NCBI RefSeq assembly: GCF_006345805.1
Contig: NC_043008.1
Coordinates: 65,844,001 to 65,908,000, forward strand
Direction: 5' to 3'
Length of the DNA stretch: 64,000 nt
Source: Octopus sinensis
Lineage: Eukaryota
Of this stretch, positions 12,998 through 25,889 are shown piece after piece. The translations under genes were made by a program, and so were the position numbers. The notes beneath the pieces were generated by a model that saw only the letters and a list, made by a program, of their open reading frames with translations, did no database searches and was not told where the DNA came from. Every line of letters starts with the position of its first letter. Position 1 is the first letter of the stretch.

Positions 12998-14639
12998 CGC
13001 AACTTTGAATTTGTCCTTTTCCTCCTCCAGGAATGCGGCAATATCTGTAGAATTGTCTAATTGAAGATAATCATTTTGTCTGGCCATTTTCGAAACCAAT
13101 TACTTACCTTTTCTTTTTAGCTCTGATTTGTTCTTTTCAGAGATTTTAATGTCACAGGATATAATTAAAAACTGTATCACTACTATATATTACAAAGAAA
13201 GAAAGCCAACTTGTTATAGACAGTATAATTAAAGAGAACAGTGTTGTAGGAAAATGTAGAGAAAATTTTTTAAAAACTCTTGAATAAGTAGTATTTTGTA
13301 CAAAATTGTTGTTTTCTTCAACGTATGTTATGTTGTGTTTCAGCCATGCTCTGTCAGTTTTAACCATAGTTTCTTGTGATTTATTTCAACATTGCTATCA
13401 ATTCATTTATATTTAGCAAAAGGAGTATAAAGAAAGAGACTTTTAGAACATTTGACGTTTTAAAGAATTGAAACCAGAACAGAACCAACAATAGAAACAT
13501 TATGGGTGACACGCAATCGATCTACTAAAAGTAACGAGCGGCTGGAGCCAGGCGTTTCCAAGAATGTCACAAATTGGGACTGATTCCAATTAATTAAGCA
13601 GCTCCTACACGTATCAAAGTCGAACTAAAAGCGAAGACAGCATGTCTGTGAGAGTATCAACCAGTTATAGGGATTGCCATGAGAGTTAATAATGATGAAT
13701 TCACCTTAATGAGGCGCTGCTCTATTTGTAGACTTGAATCTTTGATTAATTCATCCCCGTCTTTGCAGACAGATATTGTGTTTTGACCTTTCAGAGAGTC
13801 CGTCTAACCGCTGCGCCCCAGAATGAACCCTAGAGTAGTATTGCAAGAATACTTCTCGATGTTCTGACCGATGTTTGCCAGCAGGGTAAAATTTTTTTTT
13901 TTTTTTTTTTGTCTGACTAGATTATTAAAAACTACCAGCCCACCAGAAACGGCTCTTAATTCTAAGATAGAAATTTAAATTAAAACCCTCCATCAAAATT
14001 CCATGTTAATTTATATCCCAAACACCAACTAAATAACGACAGCTATTTTGATAAATACTTCATTATTTTCAAAATTAATTAAAATAAAGGTGGTGTATTT
14101 CAACAGAAATAAATTAATTAAATAGTTAAAAACGACCCGCCATTTTTAAAATATTAAAGGATATTTTGATAATGCATTCCGAATTATACGATGCTAAGAG
14201 AACAAAAGATGTGATTCTCTTAACTTGAGTACCTTTTATCATGAGATAATAAATGAAAATTTTATCATGAGGAAATAAATGGAAAGGAATAGATTTCCAG
14301 GAATATGTTACTTAACATGGTGAGTGTAGTAACTTAGAACATCATCTATAAGCTCTCTGATATTGCTTAAATAAAGACCACATAATCCGGTATAGAAACT
14401 TTTCTGGGGGTAGTCGACTCCTCAACCAATTATTATTTGTTTTTAAGAAAAGAAGCCACACAAGCTAGTAGGAGGGGGGCTATGTAATTTCTCAACCTGC
14501 TCAATACAGTAGCTAAACTTCACTCAGTCTTCTAAACAGAGAATAGAGAAGCTAGTATAGGAGATTTTGTAACATGACTTTTACAGTGTTACTGGAAATC
14601 TCGTTCAACACAGTCCAAGCTATATTTTTTTTCAATGAA

Positions 14640-14850
14640 GGCGGAGAGTTGGTAAATTTGTACGTCGGACAAAATGTTCAACAGTATTCCTTCCAGCTTT
14701 ACGAGTTCAAATACCACCAAGATTGACTTTGCCTGTCATCTCTTCGGAATCGATAAAAAAAAAGCAAGAGTCGGTTACTAGGATTGATGTAATCGACTAA
14801 ATCTCACAAAAAGAAAATTCAGGCCTTATATTTGTAGTAGAAGGGGCTAT
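14640..14850 (+). mobile_element. SINE family B monomer, diverged
   Basis: gagttcaaatacc..gactttgcctgtcatc..aatcgactaa..tcaggccttata..gtagtagaag. Confidence 0.75.
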
Positions 14851-14961
14851 TTCTTTAAATGACAACAACATTGGTTTGAGTTCTAAATATCATGACTGCA
14901 TTAATTGAAGATCCGAATGGCTTGCCTGGAAAAAAACCCCATCAAAATGAACTGTTCAGTT

Positions 14962-15365
14962 ATTCTTTACACTTTCACACTTTGATTTGTTCCAGTCATT
15001 TGACTGCAGCCATGCTGGAGCACCATGTTTAGTCGAACAAATCAACCCTAGGACCTATTCTTTGGAAGCCTAGTACTTATTCTGTTGGTCCCTTTGCCGA
15101 ACCACTAGTTACAGGAGCGCAAACACTCCAGCATCGGTTGTCAAGCGATGGTGGGACGACAAACACAGACACACAAACATACACACACACGTGTATATAT
15201 ATATATATTACGATGGGCTTCTTTCAGTTTCCGTCTACCAAATCCACTCACAAGGCATTGGTCGGCCCGAGGCTATAGTAGAAGACACTTGCCCAAGATG
15301 CCACACTATGGTACTGAACAAGGAATCATGTGGTTGGTAAGCAACCACACAGCCACTCCTGCGCC
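14962..15365 (-). mobile_element. SINE family A, full length
   Basis: Reverse complement of head, body, short internal microsatellite and tail. Confidence 0.9.
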
Positions 15366-15384
15366 TATAGATGGGTTCTTTTCC

Positions 15385-15530
15385 CTCCCGGACAAAATGA
15401 TCAACAGCATTTCTTCCAACTTTACATTCTGAGTTCAAATATCGCCGTGGTGAACTTTGCCATCCATCCATTCCGAATCTATATATAAAAAAAGCAATAG
15501 TTGGCTACAGGAATCGATGTATTCCAACCT
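15385..15530 (+). mobile_element. SINE family B fragment
   Basis: cattctgagttcaaatatcgccg..aactttgccatccatcc. Confidence 0.6.
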
Positions 15531-17323
15531 TTTAAGGATGACGATAGAAATTTGTTTCTCTCACTCTAAGACTACCAATAAATATGTGGATGTTTTAAAT
15601 CATACATAATATACTCATTAAACAGAAAGTATTCGGGCTCACTGGTCAAAATAGATGTTTCACTTTTAATCGTTACTGACCTGATTATGAAGTTAGTTTT
15701 ACCCGTGAGAAAATAGCACACTTGGTTATATTAGTGAATGAACTTAACACTAATCATATTTCATTATAGAATGTTTAAGTAATAATTTCAAATGGTGAAG
15801 GACTTTCAGATAAACTAAGCAGAACATGATCATTTTTTATTGGCAATCCTTTATTTTATTCTAGTTTTTTTTTTAGGTGGGGTGAGTATATGTGTGGGTT
15901 GTGTATGTGGTAGGTATTTCTCTCTTTATCATGACAAAAGGGATAACCAAGAGAAAAATTCCCAGCTTTATGAATGCTGAAGTTATAAACAGATACCCAG
16001 CATAAAATAAAAAGCTTATTTTCGTTATTGTTCTTTCTACCTGTATTCCTAGGTCTTATTTAGTATCAATAGTTTCGTCAAACTGTCATGAAGCCACAGA
16101 CATTTACACCTTTTCCAGTTCATAGAATAACAGCGACTTTATTTTATTTGTTTTACATCTACTTTTTCCAAACTAGCATCTGTGCATTTTCCCCCCTACA
16201 AATCGAAATATTTTCATAGAGTTTGGAGCTATAACTTTATAGACAGGCGCTCTTCATCCCGCTAACCCAGAGTACATGAAAAAAACAAGCTAATCTATGT
16301 GTTTGGATAACACGTCAGTCTAATTTGAACTCTTAAAAATGAAGTTGCAAAGCTACTATTTAACCTACGCTAATAGACCTCAAATACAACTACGGTAAAC
16401 GGATAAAAAAATAGCTAAGTAATAGCTGAAGTAAAAGCTTTTAGCAATATAGTCTACAACTCTTATCAATTCTCTTATTTTGGTAGATTATGAGAATTAT
16501 TGCTATAACTCCAAATGTGTAAGCAAAATTTTAAAGCAGATTTCAATGGTATAATCAAACTATGAGACAAATTATACACCCAAAGAGGTATGATTTACTA
16601 TTTCACTTCAATAATTGTTACTCTCTTGAATTCAAAGAAAATATGCTTCTTGGTTGTTTACTGAGTTATATTTCAAAATGTATAAATTTTATTATGCTTA
16701 ACTTGAAAAGACTTGTAGCTATTACTTAGATATAAGTAGCTATTACCTATATAAAAATGGAATTCGGAGAAGCTTGAATAGCTATACTATCAGACGACTA
16801 CATTGATGAGGAAATTAATTATTTATATTATATATCTTACACAGCAATACATTCAAGACAGTAATAGTAGCCAGTCTAGTTTGAAATGCTGGTCAAGACA
16901 GTAAATTAATATTTAAACCACTCTTCTATTAAACACCAAATACAAAGATGATAAAATAGTAAAGTGACTAATGCTGAAATAAATGCTTTTACCTGTTAGA
17001 CCTAAAATTCTTATCAATTCAAATTATTTTCATGGATTACGTGGATTATGATTATATCTCCAAAGAAAATCTTTATATCAGATTTCATTAGTATGAAGGT
17101 GTCTTCGAGTGAAGAACTTCCACGCCAATGTAATTGTCTGATCTGCTGGGAAAAATGACTAGAGGTACCTCAACGCTCTAATACAAGGTCAGACACATTG
17201 CATGATGACGTAGTTCTTAAGAAATTAGCCTGGGAAAATAGGATATTGTGGTCTGAATGCCTTTGGTCACAAATCTGCTGAATTGGTACTTAACTGGTAT
17301 TAAGCAGCACTAGCAACAACAAC

Positions 17324-17533
17324 AGCAGCCGTCCAAGAATTTGGACCTGGAGATCTCCATTTCCAGCGGCTTCGAGGGCCACCTCCCAGTGATGTCGGGC
17401 GTCATCGAAGAGCCCTCGACTACAACAAAACGACCAATGTTTTTTTTTCCATGGTCTGGGGTCTCCCGCCCCTAAGCCCTAGACCATCACCAAATCACCC
17501 TTACCCGTCTTGTCGCTTAACAACAACAACAGC
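17324..17533 (+). mobile_element. Unclassified ~200-bp GC-rich structured repeat (family E) with (AAC)n tail
   Basis: Highly similar inverted copy at 22700-22913; internal palindromes; ends in an aacaacaac tail. Confidence 0.75.
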
Positions 17534-19039
17534 AAATTTGTCTCCATGAAAATCTATATCGAGGACAAGCTGGGTAAAAGCTATTTCTCTCTAACCTACA
17601 CCTGTAAAAAATTTACGATCAGCTTTACAAGCCATTGAAACATTTATCAATTTTACACAGTTTCTTCTGCTTATTTCTGTAAATTGTCGTACAGTCATGG
17701 AACCCTTAATTAACCTCTATCTAACTGGACCTATATTTTCATTATTTCAAGTAAACTCTACCGTCCATACTCGCATCAACGCAACAACGTTGTTAGAAAC
17801 ATGATACGAATTATTGACCTTACCAACATTATCCATTTCGGAGGTTCGTGGTACAATATAACCATCGGAGTTAACCACAGTTATCTCTGATTTAAATATT
17901 ATAGACTCACAAAAAAAAACTATGAAAAACTGAAAATAAAATAACATAAATCAAAAGTGATGTATTTCTAATAAACAATATGTTTTTATGTGTGTCAGCA
18001 TAAGGGAAAGCATGTGTGTTAATTAATGTACGAAGTAGCTTCACATGCTGACCATCTTTGATCATGATTCATTGATTTTTTTTTCTGATTTTTTATTATG
18101 TTTTTATACATTATTGTTGTTTCTATTGTTTTGGTTTATTTTTGTTGTTTTAGTTTTTGTTGGTATGTTTGTGTGTGTGTGTGTCTGTGTGTTTTGTTGT
18201 TGTTGTTGTTGTTTTTTTTTACTTTTTACAATAGCTTACAGTGAAACAACTTTTACTCTCCGTTCTCATTTATCAAACATATTAATTGAAAAAGGAGAAA
18301 AAAAGCAGCAAGAGCTGAAATTAGAGTAAAAAGCGAATGCGCGTGCGCGCGCGTGTGTGAGTGCGCATGTGTGTGTCTACTTAGATATATATTTAGATGC
18401 ATATAGATATGCATACATAAATTCATATAGTTACATATATATATTACATACATCTAAGTATGTATATATATGTATACATATATTTATATATATGTATATA
18501 TGGACATTCATACATATGTATATATATATATGTATACTATATATATATACATATACATATATATATATATACATATATATATATACACCTATATATATAC
18601 GTATATAATATATACATATATATATATATACATATGTATATATATATACACCTATATATATACATATATATATATGCATTATTTTCCGATGTGGCTTAAT
18701 GTCTTGCTCAAATAGATAGATCATTGAAAAATAAATGACTTTCCAAAAATCTGTAGAAATAGAAGTTTTGTCTAATCTCACAATTTTTTTTTTTCTTAAT
18801 TTCTTCCGTTTTTCTTTTTCTTTTACACTAAAAGAAAAATTAACAAAAAAATAACAAATTCTCTCAACAACAGAAATAAACCAAAACCAGAAAAGAAGAA
18901 AGATTATCTACATGTTGTGTTAGATTCTTCGGTGAGTTCATTAAAAAGTAAGTACTCTGTTAAACATCTTCACTGGCAAATAACCTGCGAATTTACTTCA
19001 TTATAGAAACATTGGCTTTTGCTTTCGTTTATAACGCAT

Positions 19040-19165
19040 TATTATTATCATTATTTTTACTATTATTGTTATGATAGCTATTATTGTCATTATTACTATT
19101 ATCGTTATTATTGCAATTATTGATCTTACTACTTATTATGATTTTTATTACGATTGTTATTATCA

Positions 19166-19229
<64 letters not shown>

Positions 19230-19330
19230 CATCATCATTATTATTATTATTATCATCATCATTATTATTATTATTATTATTGTTATTATTATTATTATTA
19301 TTATTACGATCGTCATCATCCTCATCAGCA
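19040..19330. repeat. (ATT/ATC)n tract
   Basis: Directly visible. Confidence 0.95.
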
Positions 19331-19595
19331 TCATGGCGGAAGTTTTAGATGGATAGAAATTACAAAGTTAATAAGAAAAAGGAAATAGAGTTAAAAGAAG
19401 AAAAAAAATATCAACTTTTCTTTATTTGAAATTAATAACTTCTCCAATTTTAATGCATATTTAAATATCTAGACAAGTTATCATCTCCCTCTATCTCACT
19501 CATTCTTTTCTCCCTCTCTCCCGCTCTCTCACTCACTCACTCACTTTATATATATCTTTTTCTAGCTTTGGCTCATCTATTGAAAAATATACTCA

Positions 19596-19633
<38 letters not shown>

Positions 19634-19862
19634 TGTACTTCATTGTAAAAATTACTGTTGTGTTTTGTTGTTCTCACTGCTAGTTTTGTGCATTCGTCTT
19701 TTGCTCCTAGCTAAGTACAAATCTCTAATGCATACTTCTTAATCCATAGAGAATATCTACATTTTATATCAATTTACACTAAAATGTTTTAATGTGTTTC
19801 ATTCTACCTTCTCTCTCTCACGCACGCACACACCTTCCATGTGTGTGTGTGCATATATATAT

Positions 19863-19904
<42 letters not shown>

Positions 19905-19925
19905 CGTATATATATATATATGTGC

Positions 19926-19965
<40 letters not shown>

Positions 19966-20296
19966 GCATCTATCTACTTATGTACCAAAGCAGATATATA
20001 TATATGTACGTATATATATGCATATGTAAATATATATATATATATATCATTGTATGTTTACCTATATATATGATACATACGTACATACTCACTCCCAGAT
20101 ATACATATATGTGAGTGTGTGTTCCTATATGTTCGTCGCTGTTTCGAGAGGTATAATGTAAACAAGCATACATACGTTATATATGAAGACATGTGTGTTA
20201 CCTACAGCTGTATGTACAGTTGAATACATATGTGTATGCGTGCATATGTGCATGGAGATATATGTTAAATATGTGCAAATACTCTTCAATATTTAT

Positions 20297-20391
<95 letters not shown>

Positions 20392-20719
20392 TTTGTGTGT
20401 ATACGTATATTTGTAAATACATATACGTATAGACATAATGCTTATATATGTGTGAGTTTTTGTGAATGTTCGTTTGTGCTTGTGTGTGAAAAGATGTTAT
20501 TCTGTGTCCAGTAGACGTACATTTGCCGGGGAAATTGTACTGGCAATCGATTGTGAATATTAGGTTCTTTCCTGTGAAGAATGCATCTTGTGAAGTATTG
20601 TAGTGGTTAGCTATCACAGGACATGACAAAAATATGAGTTCCTGAATATTGCTTTCCTGAGACCCATAAAGTCATTTTCCGTTTTTCATAGCCAAGGCGT
20701 GACTGATATCGTAATACCC

Positions 20720-20895
20720 AACCGGTACGGAGCGCCTATCCATCGGAGAGTTACTGGTTTACAGCTGAATGAAAAGGAGCAACATGAAATGAAGTGTTTT
20801 TCAAAGGAACACAACGAACCGTCCGGTCTAGAAATCGAAACCACAATTTTTCGATCGTGAATGTCACACCGTAACCGTTAGGCCGCGCACCTTCT
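20720..20895 (-). mobile_element. SINE family C/D head and body, diverged
   Basis: Minus: gcgcggcctaacggttacggtgtg..gtttcgatttctagacc..gtgttcctttgaaaaacacttcatttcatgttgctcc. Confidence 0.7.
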
Positions 20896-22405
20896 TAGAT
20901 TCAAAACAATCGTGAAAATTAGAAGCGATGAACGATGAAATGTAGCTTTACAGAAATCCCTCTGAGAATCGCGAGAGAAGCATTAAATATAGATTTAAAA
21001 TAAATAGAACAACTGGGGACTTCTACGAGTATATTCACTGCAACACAACAAACTTTCACTCATATAGGCTCTATGCTACCATCTTGTTTCTGATCTCACT
21101 GATATTTTCTATAGCATCTTTTGCTCTATTTTTATGGAGTGTCTACAATCAACTCAGTATAATTCCCTCATCTAAAACCTATTACACAACTTCCATTTCT
21201 TTCACTTTAGATTTACTCGTATGTGACCTTGTTTAAAGAACAACTTATGACTGTTATATAAAAGTTTTATGCTCTCTTTTGTATTGCTTTTGTGATAACC
21301 CTTGTAAGATAAACCTAAACATCAGGAGTTGAATACGTTTATTAAATTTTGGTGGTGGGTGGCGGCTGTGGCTCTTTTGTTAATGTCGGTGATATTCTGC
21401 TTATGTTAATGATAAAAGTGGCATTATGATTGACGGCGACTGTGGTGGTAGTGTTACTGGTAGAGGTTGTGGTAGTAGTAATAGTGATGGTGGTCGTTTT
21501 GACAATAGCGACTATATTTTTGTTAGTGTCGCCACCAGAGGAGATAGAATACATGCATAATATAATCTGAGATTGACTAAATCTGAAAACAGTTAGAATC
21601 GCCGTAGCTTGATTGCTGTTGATATGGCTCTTGTGGTTCATAGCTTAGCTAGGATTAAACAATAATAAAAAAAAATTATTTAACCGCGAACTTGGACTGA
21701 ATCTAATTATTTATTAAACCCGATTTGACCGTAACCTTCAGTGTATTAACACTGTTCAAAAATGCCACTCAACTGATCTCATTGTAATTATCTCCCTTGC
21801 ATGTTTTGGAGATTGGAACTTTTTAGATTTTAACACTTTTAAAGGGGGCTTTTTAATTTACAAAATTACTTGAATAATTTAACTCTACATTACATATGTT
21901 GGACGCTACCATATATTTGTATCCAGTTGTTGTTTTCCGCCAACTATGCATCATTGATATATTTAGATAAGGAGATTCTCTACTCTTACAACACATAGTT
22001 TTAACGCCCTTGGAGGGCGCTTTTGATCAATTGAATTACTTGGATAATCTCAGTTAACTGATATCTCACTATATTACATACTATTTGTATCTAGTTATTT
22101 TCCCGTCAGCCATATATCGTTACTGTCTTCTTTAATGTAGACGTTCTCTGTTCTTACAATACGTATTTGTATTCTTTCAAATCAGCGACCCTTTTGTCCT
22201 TATTACAATACAAGCGTTCTAAACATTACAATAACTTTTTGCATGAACATAGGTCAATATTAGGGGCTGTAGCGTAGGTGGTGGTGGTGTGGTAGAAGGG
22301 GTGATGAGGATCATAATGGTGGTATTATCAACGATTTTGATGAGGAGGACGTAACCAAAGTGAAAACGGAGGTGATAACGTTGGTAGCATTACTGATAGT
22401 AGCAA

Positions 22406-22605
22406 GGCGACGAGCTGGCAGAATCGTTAGCACGCCGGACAAAATGCTTGGCAGTATTTCATCCGTCTTTACGTTCTGAGTTCAAATTCCGTCGATGATG
22501 ACTTCGCTTTTTATCCTTTTGGAGTCGATAAAATAAGTACCAGCTGAACACTGGGGTCTATGTAATCCCCTGAAATTACTGGCCTTGTGCCGAAATGTTA
22601 AATCA
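22406..22605 (+). mobile_element. SINE family B monomer
   Basis: ggcgacgagctggcagaatcgttagcacgccgg...gagttcaaattccg...ggccttgtgcc. Confidence 0.85.
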
Positions 22606-22642
22606 CTATTAGTGATAGTAATTGTTATTGTTGTTGTCGTCG

Positions 22643-22682
<40 letters not shown>

Positions 22683-22699
22683 CGTCGTCGTCGTTGTTG

Positions 22700-22913
22700 T
22701 TGTTGTTAAGCAACAAGACGGGTAAGGGTGATTAGGTGATGGTCTAGAGCTTAGGGGCGGGAGACCCCAGACATTGGAAAAAAAAAACTTTGGTCGTCTT
22801 GTTGTAGTTGAGAGCTCTTCGTTGACACCCGACACCACTGGGAGGTGGCCCTCGAAGTCGCTGGAAATGGAGATCTCCAGGTCCTAATTCTTGGACGGCT
22901 GCTGCTGCTGCTG
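22700..22913 (-). mobile_element. Family E repeat, second copy
   Basis: Reverse complement of 17324-17533. Confidence 0.75.
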
Positions 22914-23099
22914 CGACCGCTGTTGCTGCTACCGCTGCTGCTGCTTGTATTGGTGGTTCATGGTGTTCATATTAGTACAGTTAAATTGATGTTTTTGATG
23001 GTGTGGGTCGTACAAGTGGAAGGATTCGTAGTACTGGAGTTGGTGTTGGAGCCAGTGATAGTAGTGGTGTCATTGAAGGAGACGATAACGTTGATGACG

Positions 23100-23830
23100 T
23101 GTTGTGGTGGTGGTGGTGGTCGTTGTGGTCGTCGTAGTTGACGTGGTTATTGTGGTCGCCGTCGTGGTTGTGGAGTTAGTCGTTTTGATCGTCATGGTCG
23201 TGCTGGTGGCCGTCGTAATGGTTGTGGTGATGGTCGTGGTAGTGGTCGGGGATAGAGTCGTGATGGTGGTGGTTGTGGTGGTTGCCATGGCAGTGGTCGT
23301 GGCGGTGACGGCGATGTTCATCATGGTGGTCGTCGTCATCATCGTCGTTGTCATAGCGGTCGTCGTCGTGGTCGTCTTGGTGGTCGTAGTCATTGTCATA
23401 GTGGTCTTCATAGTAGTCGTCATGGTCGTCGTGGTCGTCAGAATCTTGATGGTTGTGGTCGTAGTGAACCTGATGGTATTAGTAGTGTTCGCGGTGGTGC
23501 TGGTGGTATTCCAGCTGACGCTGCTGGTTGTAGTAGTAGTAGTAGTAGTAGTAGCGGCGGCGGCGGCAACAGCAGCAGCAACAGTAGTAGTAGTCATAGT
23601 AGTAGTAGTAGCAGTAATAGTAGTAGTAGTAGTAGTAGTGGCGGCGGCGGCAGCAGCAGCAGCAACAGTAGTAGTAGTCATAGTAGTAGCAGTAGTAGTA
23701 GTAGCAGTAGTAGTAATAGTAGTAGTGGTGGTGGTGGTGGTGGTGGTGGTGGCAATATCAAATTGTGGCGTTGGTGGTGGTGGCAGCGCTGACAGCAGCA
23801 GCGGCGACAGTAACGGTGTCAGAGTTACCA
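23100..23830. repeat. Cryptic (GTN)n trinucleotide tract
   Basis: Directly visible; gives poly-Val (+) and poly-Thr (-) ORFs. Confidence 0.9.
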
Positions 23831-24766
23831 CCAGAGGAGATAGAATACCAGAGACAGGAAGTTTACCGGAAATTTCCTTCTTTAATCAAACATGTTTTGC
23901 ATCAATAGACGCGGTCATTATTGCGTTACTCAGCTACTGTGAAGCCACTACATTAAATTGGTTGCCAGTATCGTTAAACAGCGCCATCTAGGCAAACCTA
24001 ACAGGCACAAATGGACATTAAAATAGAGATGAAGGTTAAAATTCATTTTAGATATTCTTTCTGTAAATTTCTATGAAATTATTTTGATTTTTTATAATAT
24101 TATCGTCGTCGTCGTCGTTGTTGTTGTTGTTGTTTTTGTTGCTGGTGGTGGTGGTGGTGGTGGTGGTGGTGGTGGTGGCGGCGGTATCAGCAGCAGCATC
24201 GGTGAGGGTGGGCTAGGGTGGAGTGGCGATGGGGATTTGGTTGGTGGGTTGGGGCGGGGGGCTTCTGCTCATTTGTTGTATTAATTTTTTGTTTTGTTTT
24301 GTTTTTTGTTGTTGATATATGCATTAATTTGGTGTGTGCATACACTCGCACACACACGCATACATACACACACACATACATATACACACATTTATATATA
24401 CATATACAATGATTCACACACACACATATATCTGTTAGAGTGCTTATATTTGCTTTTGTTTTTTTTTTTCGTGTGTACAGATATATATATACATATAAAC
24501 ATACACATACATATACACACACACACACACATAGTATATACACATACAAACACACATATATCTACACATATGTGTGTGTGTTTATGTGTGTCACTATATT
24601 GATCTGTGTTTAGTGTATTTCTGTATGTGAGTGTGTGAGTGCCTAGGCCAATGTATGAGTATGTTTATGTTATGTGGCTAAGTGTGTCATGCTAAAATCT
24701 TCTGGAGATGACTACGACCGAGCGATTAGTCAACTATAGGCATGTAAATGCATGCAGTTATATATA

Positions 24767-24967
24767 GAAGGAGGTTCTGAAAAGCTCCTGGCTTTAAGGG
24801 TAGCGCGAAAGGCGTACTTAGAGGCTAAACCTTCCGAGTTCTTTTACACAGAAAAATTGAAGGGCCGCTGCAATAAGTGTGTGATCTAAGAGGGAAATGT
24901 GTTGAATAAAATTGTAATTAACTGATCCTCCTGTATTTCCCTTTATCCAAAGCCAAGAACTTTTCAC
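24767..24967 (+). mobile_element. Mariner-derived internally deleted element (MITE-like)
   Basis: Imperfect TIRs ctgaaaagctcctggcttt (24777-24795) / aaagccaagaacttttcac (24949-24967), 16/19 matching; interior translates with frameshifts to AYLEAKPSEFFY..EKLKGRCNKCV.LRG..VE*, like a mariner transposase C-terminus; right end clipped by a SINE. Confidence 0.65.
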
Positions 24968-25060
24968 TTGGCAAGTGTCTCGTACTATAGCCGTGGTTCG
25001 ACCAAAGCCTTGTGAGTGAATTTGGTAGACGGAAACTGAAAGAAACCCGTCATGTATATG

Positions 25061-25128
<68 letters not shown>

Positions 25129-25297
25129 GTGTTTGTGTGTCTGTGTTTGTCCTACCAGCATCGTTTGACAACCCACTGATACAATAAATACTAGGCTTAC
25201 AAAGCATAAGCCCTGGGGTCGATTTGTTCGACTAAAGGCGGTGCTCCAGCATGGCCACAGTCAAATGACTGAAGCAAGTAAACGAGAGTAAAAGAGT
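24968..25297 (+). mobile_element. SINE family A, 5'-truncated with internal deletion
   Basis: Starts at ttggcaagtgtctc; ends ...atggccacagtcaaatgactgaagcaagtaaacgagagtaaaagagta. Confidence 0.85.
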
Positions 25298-25316
25298 ATA
25301 TATACGTATATATATA

Positions 25317-25352
<36 letters not shown>

Positions 25353-25354
<2 letters not shown>

Positions 25355-25798
25355 CTCCGGAAGGCGGGAGAGGTATGCAGTAATATACATCTGGAAGATC
25401 CTGGAAGGAATTGTGTCAAAAATTTTGCATTGAAAGCTACACCAATGCCAGAACGGGATGACCCTGCATAGTGCCAAAGATCCCAGCAACGCCATCGCGC
25501 TTCAGGACCAGTTACTACAACAGCTTGAGTTTCAGGAGTCCACAGCTTTTCAATATTCTCCCAAAGAGCCTGTGGAACCTGCACAAAGTAGATGTAGGCG
25601 TTTTTAAATCAAAACCGGACCTATTCCTGTTGAGAGTCCCAGATGAACCTACCTCATGGCAAGAGGTGCAAATGAGGGTAGGTACATTAAACTCCATTCT
25701 TCACTAAGTGCCACATTTTGGAGGAGGCTCTCAGTAATAACAGTGTAGCAAAACGGCAGTGCATCAGCATGGCCACAGCTCTGAGCTGAAACTATAGA

Positions 25799-25800
<2 letters not shown>
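25353..25800 (+). mobile_element. CR1/L2-group LINE, 3' end remnant
   Basis: Translation RRRERYAVIYIWKILEGIV...VPKIPATPSRFRTSYYNSLSFRSPQLFNILPKSL..L..FKSKPDLFLLRVPDEP matches the C-terminal motif series of CR1/L2-group ORF2; the 3' UTR follows. Confidence 0.8.

Positions 25801-25889
<89 letters not shown>

Noticed and set aside
23070-23991. 253-aa Thr-rich (mucin-like) and 295-aa Val-rich ORFs
   Set aside because: Both arise from one GTN tract that cannot contain stops in those frames; not supportable as CDS without expression data
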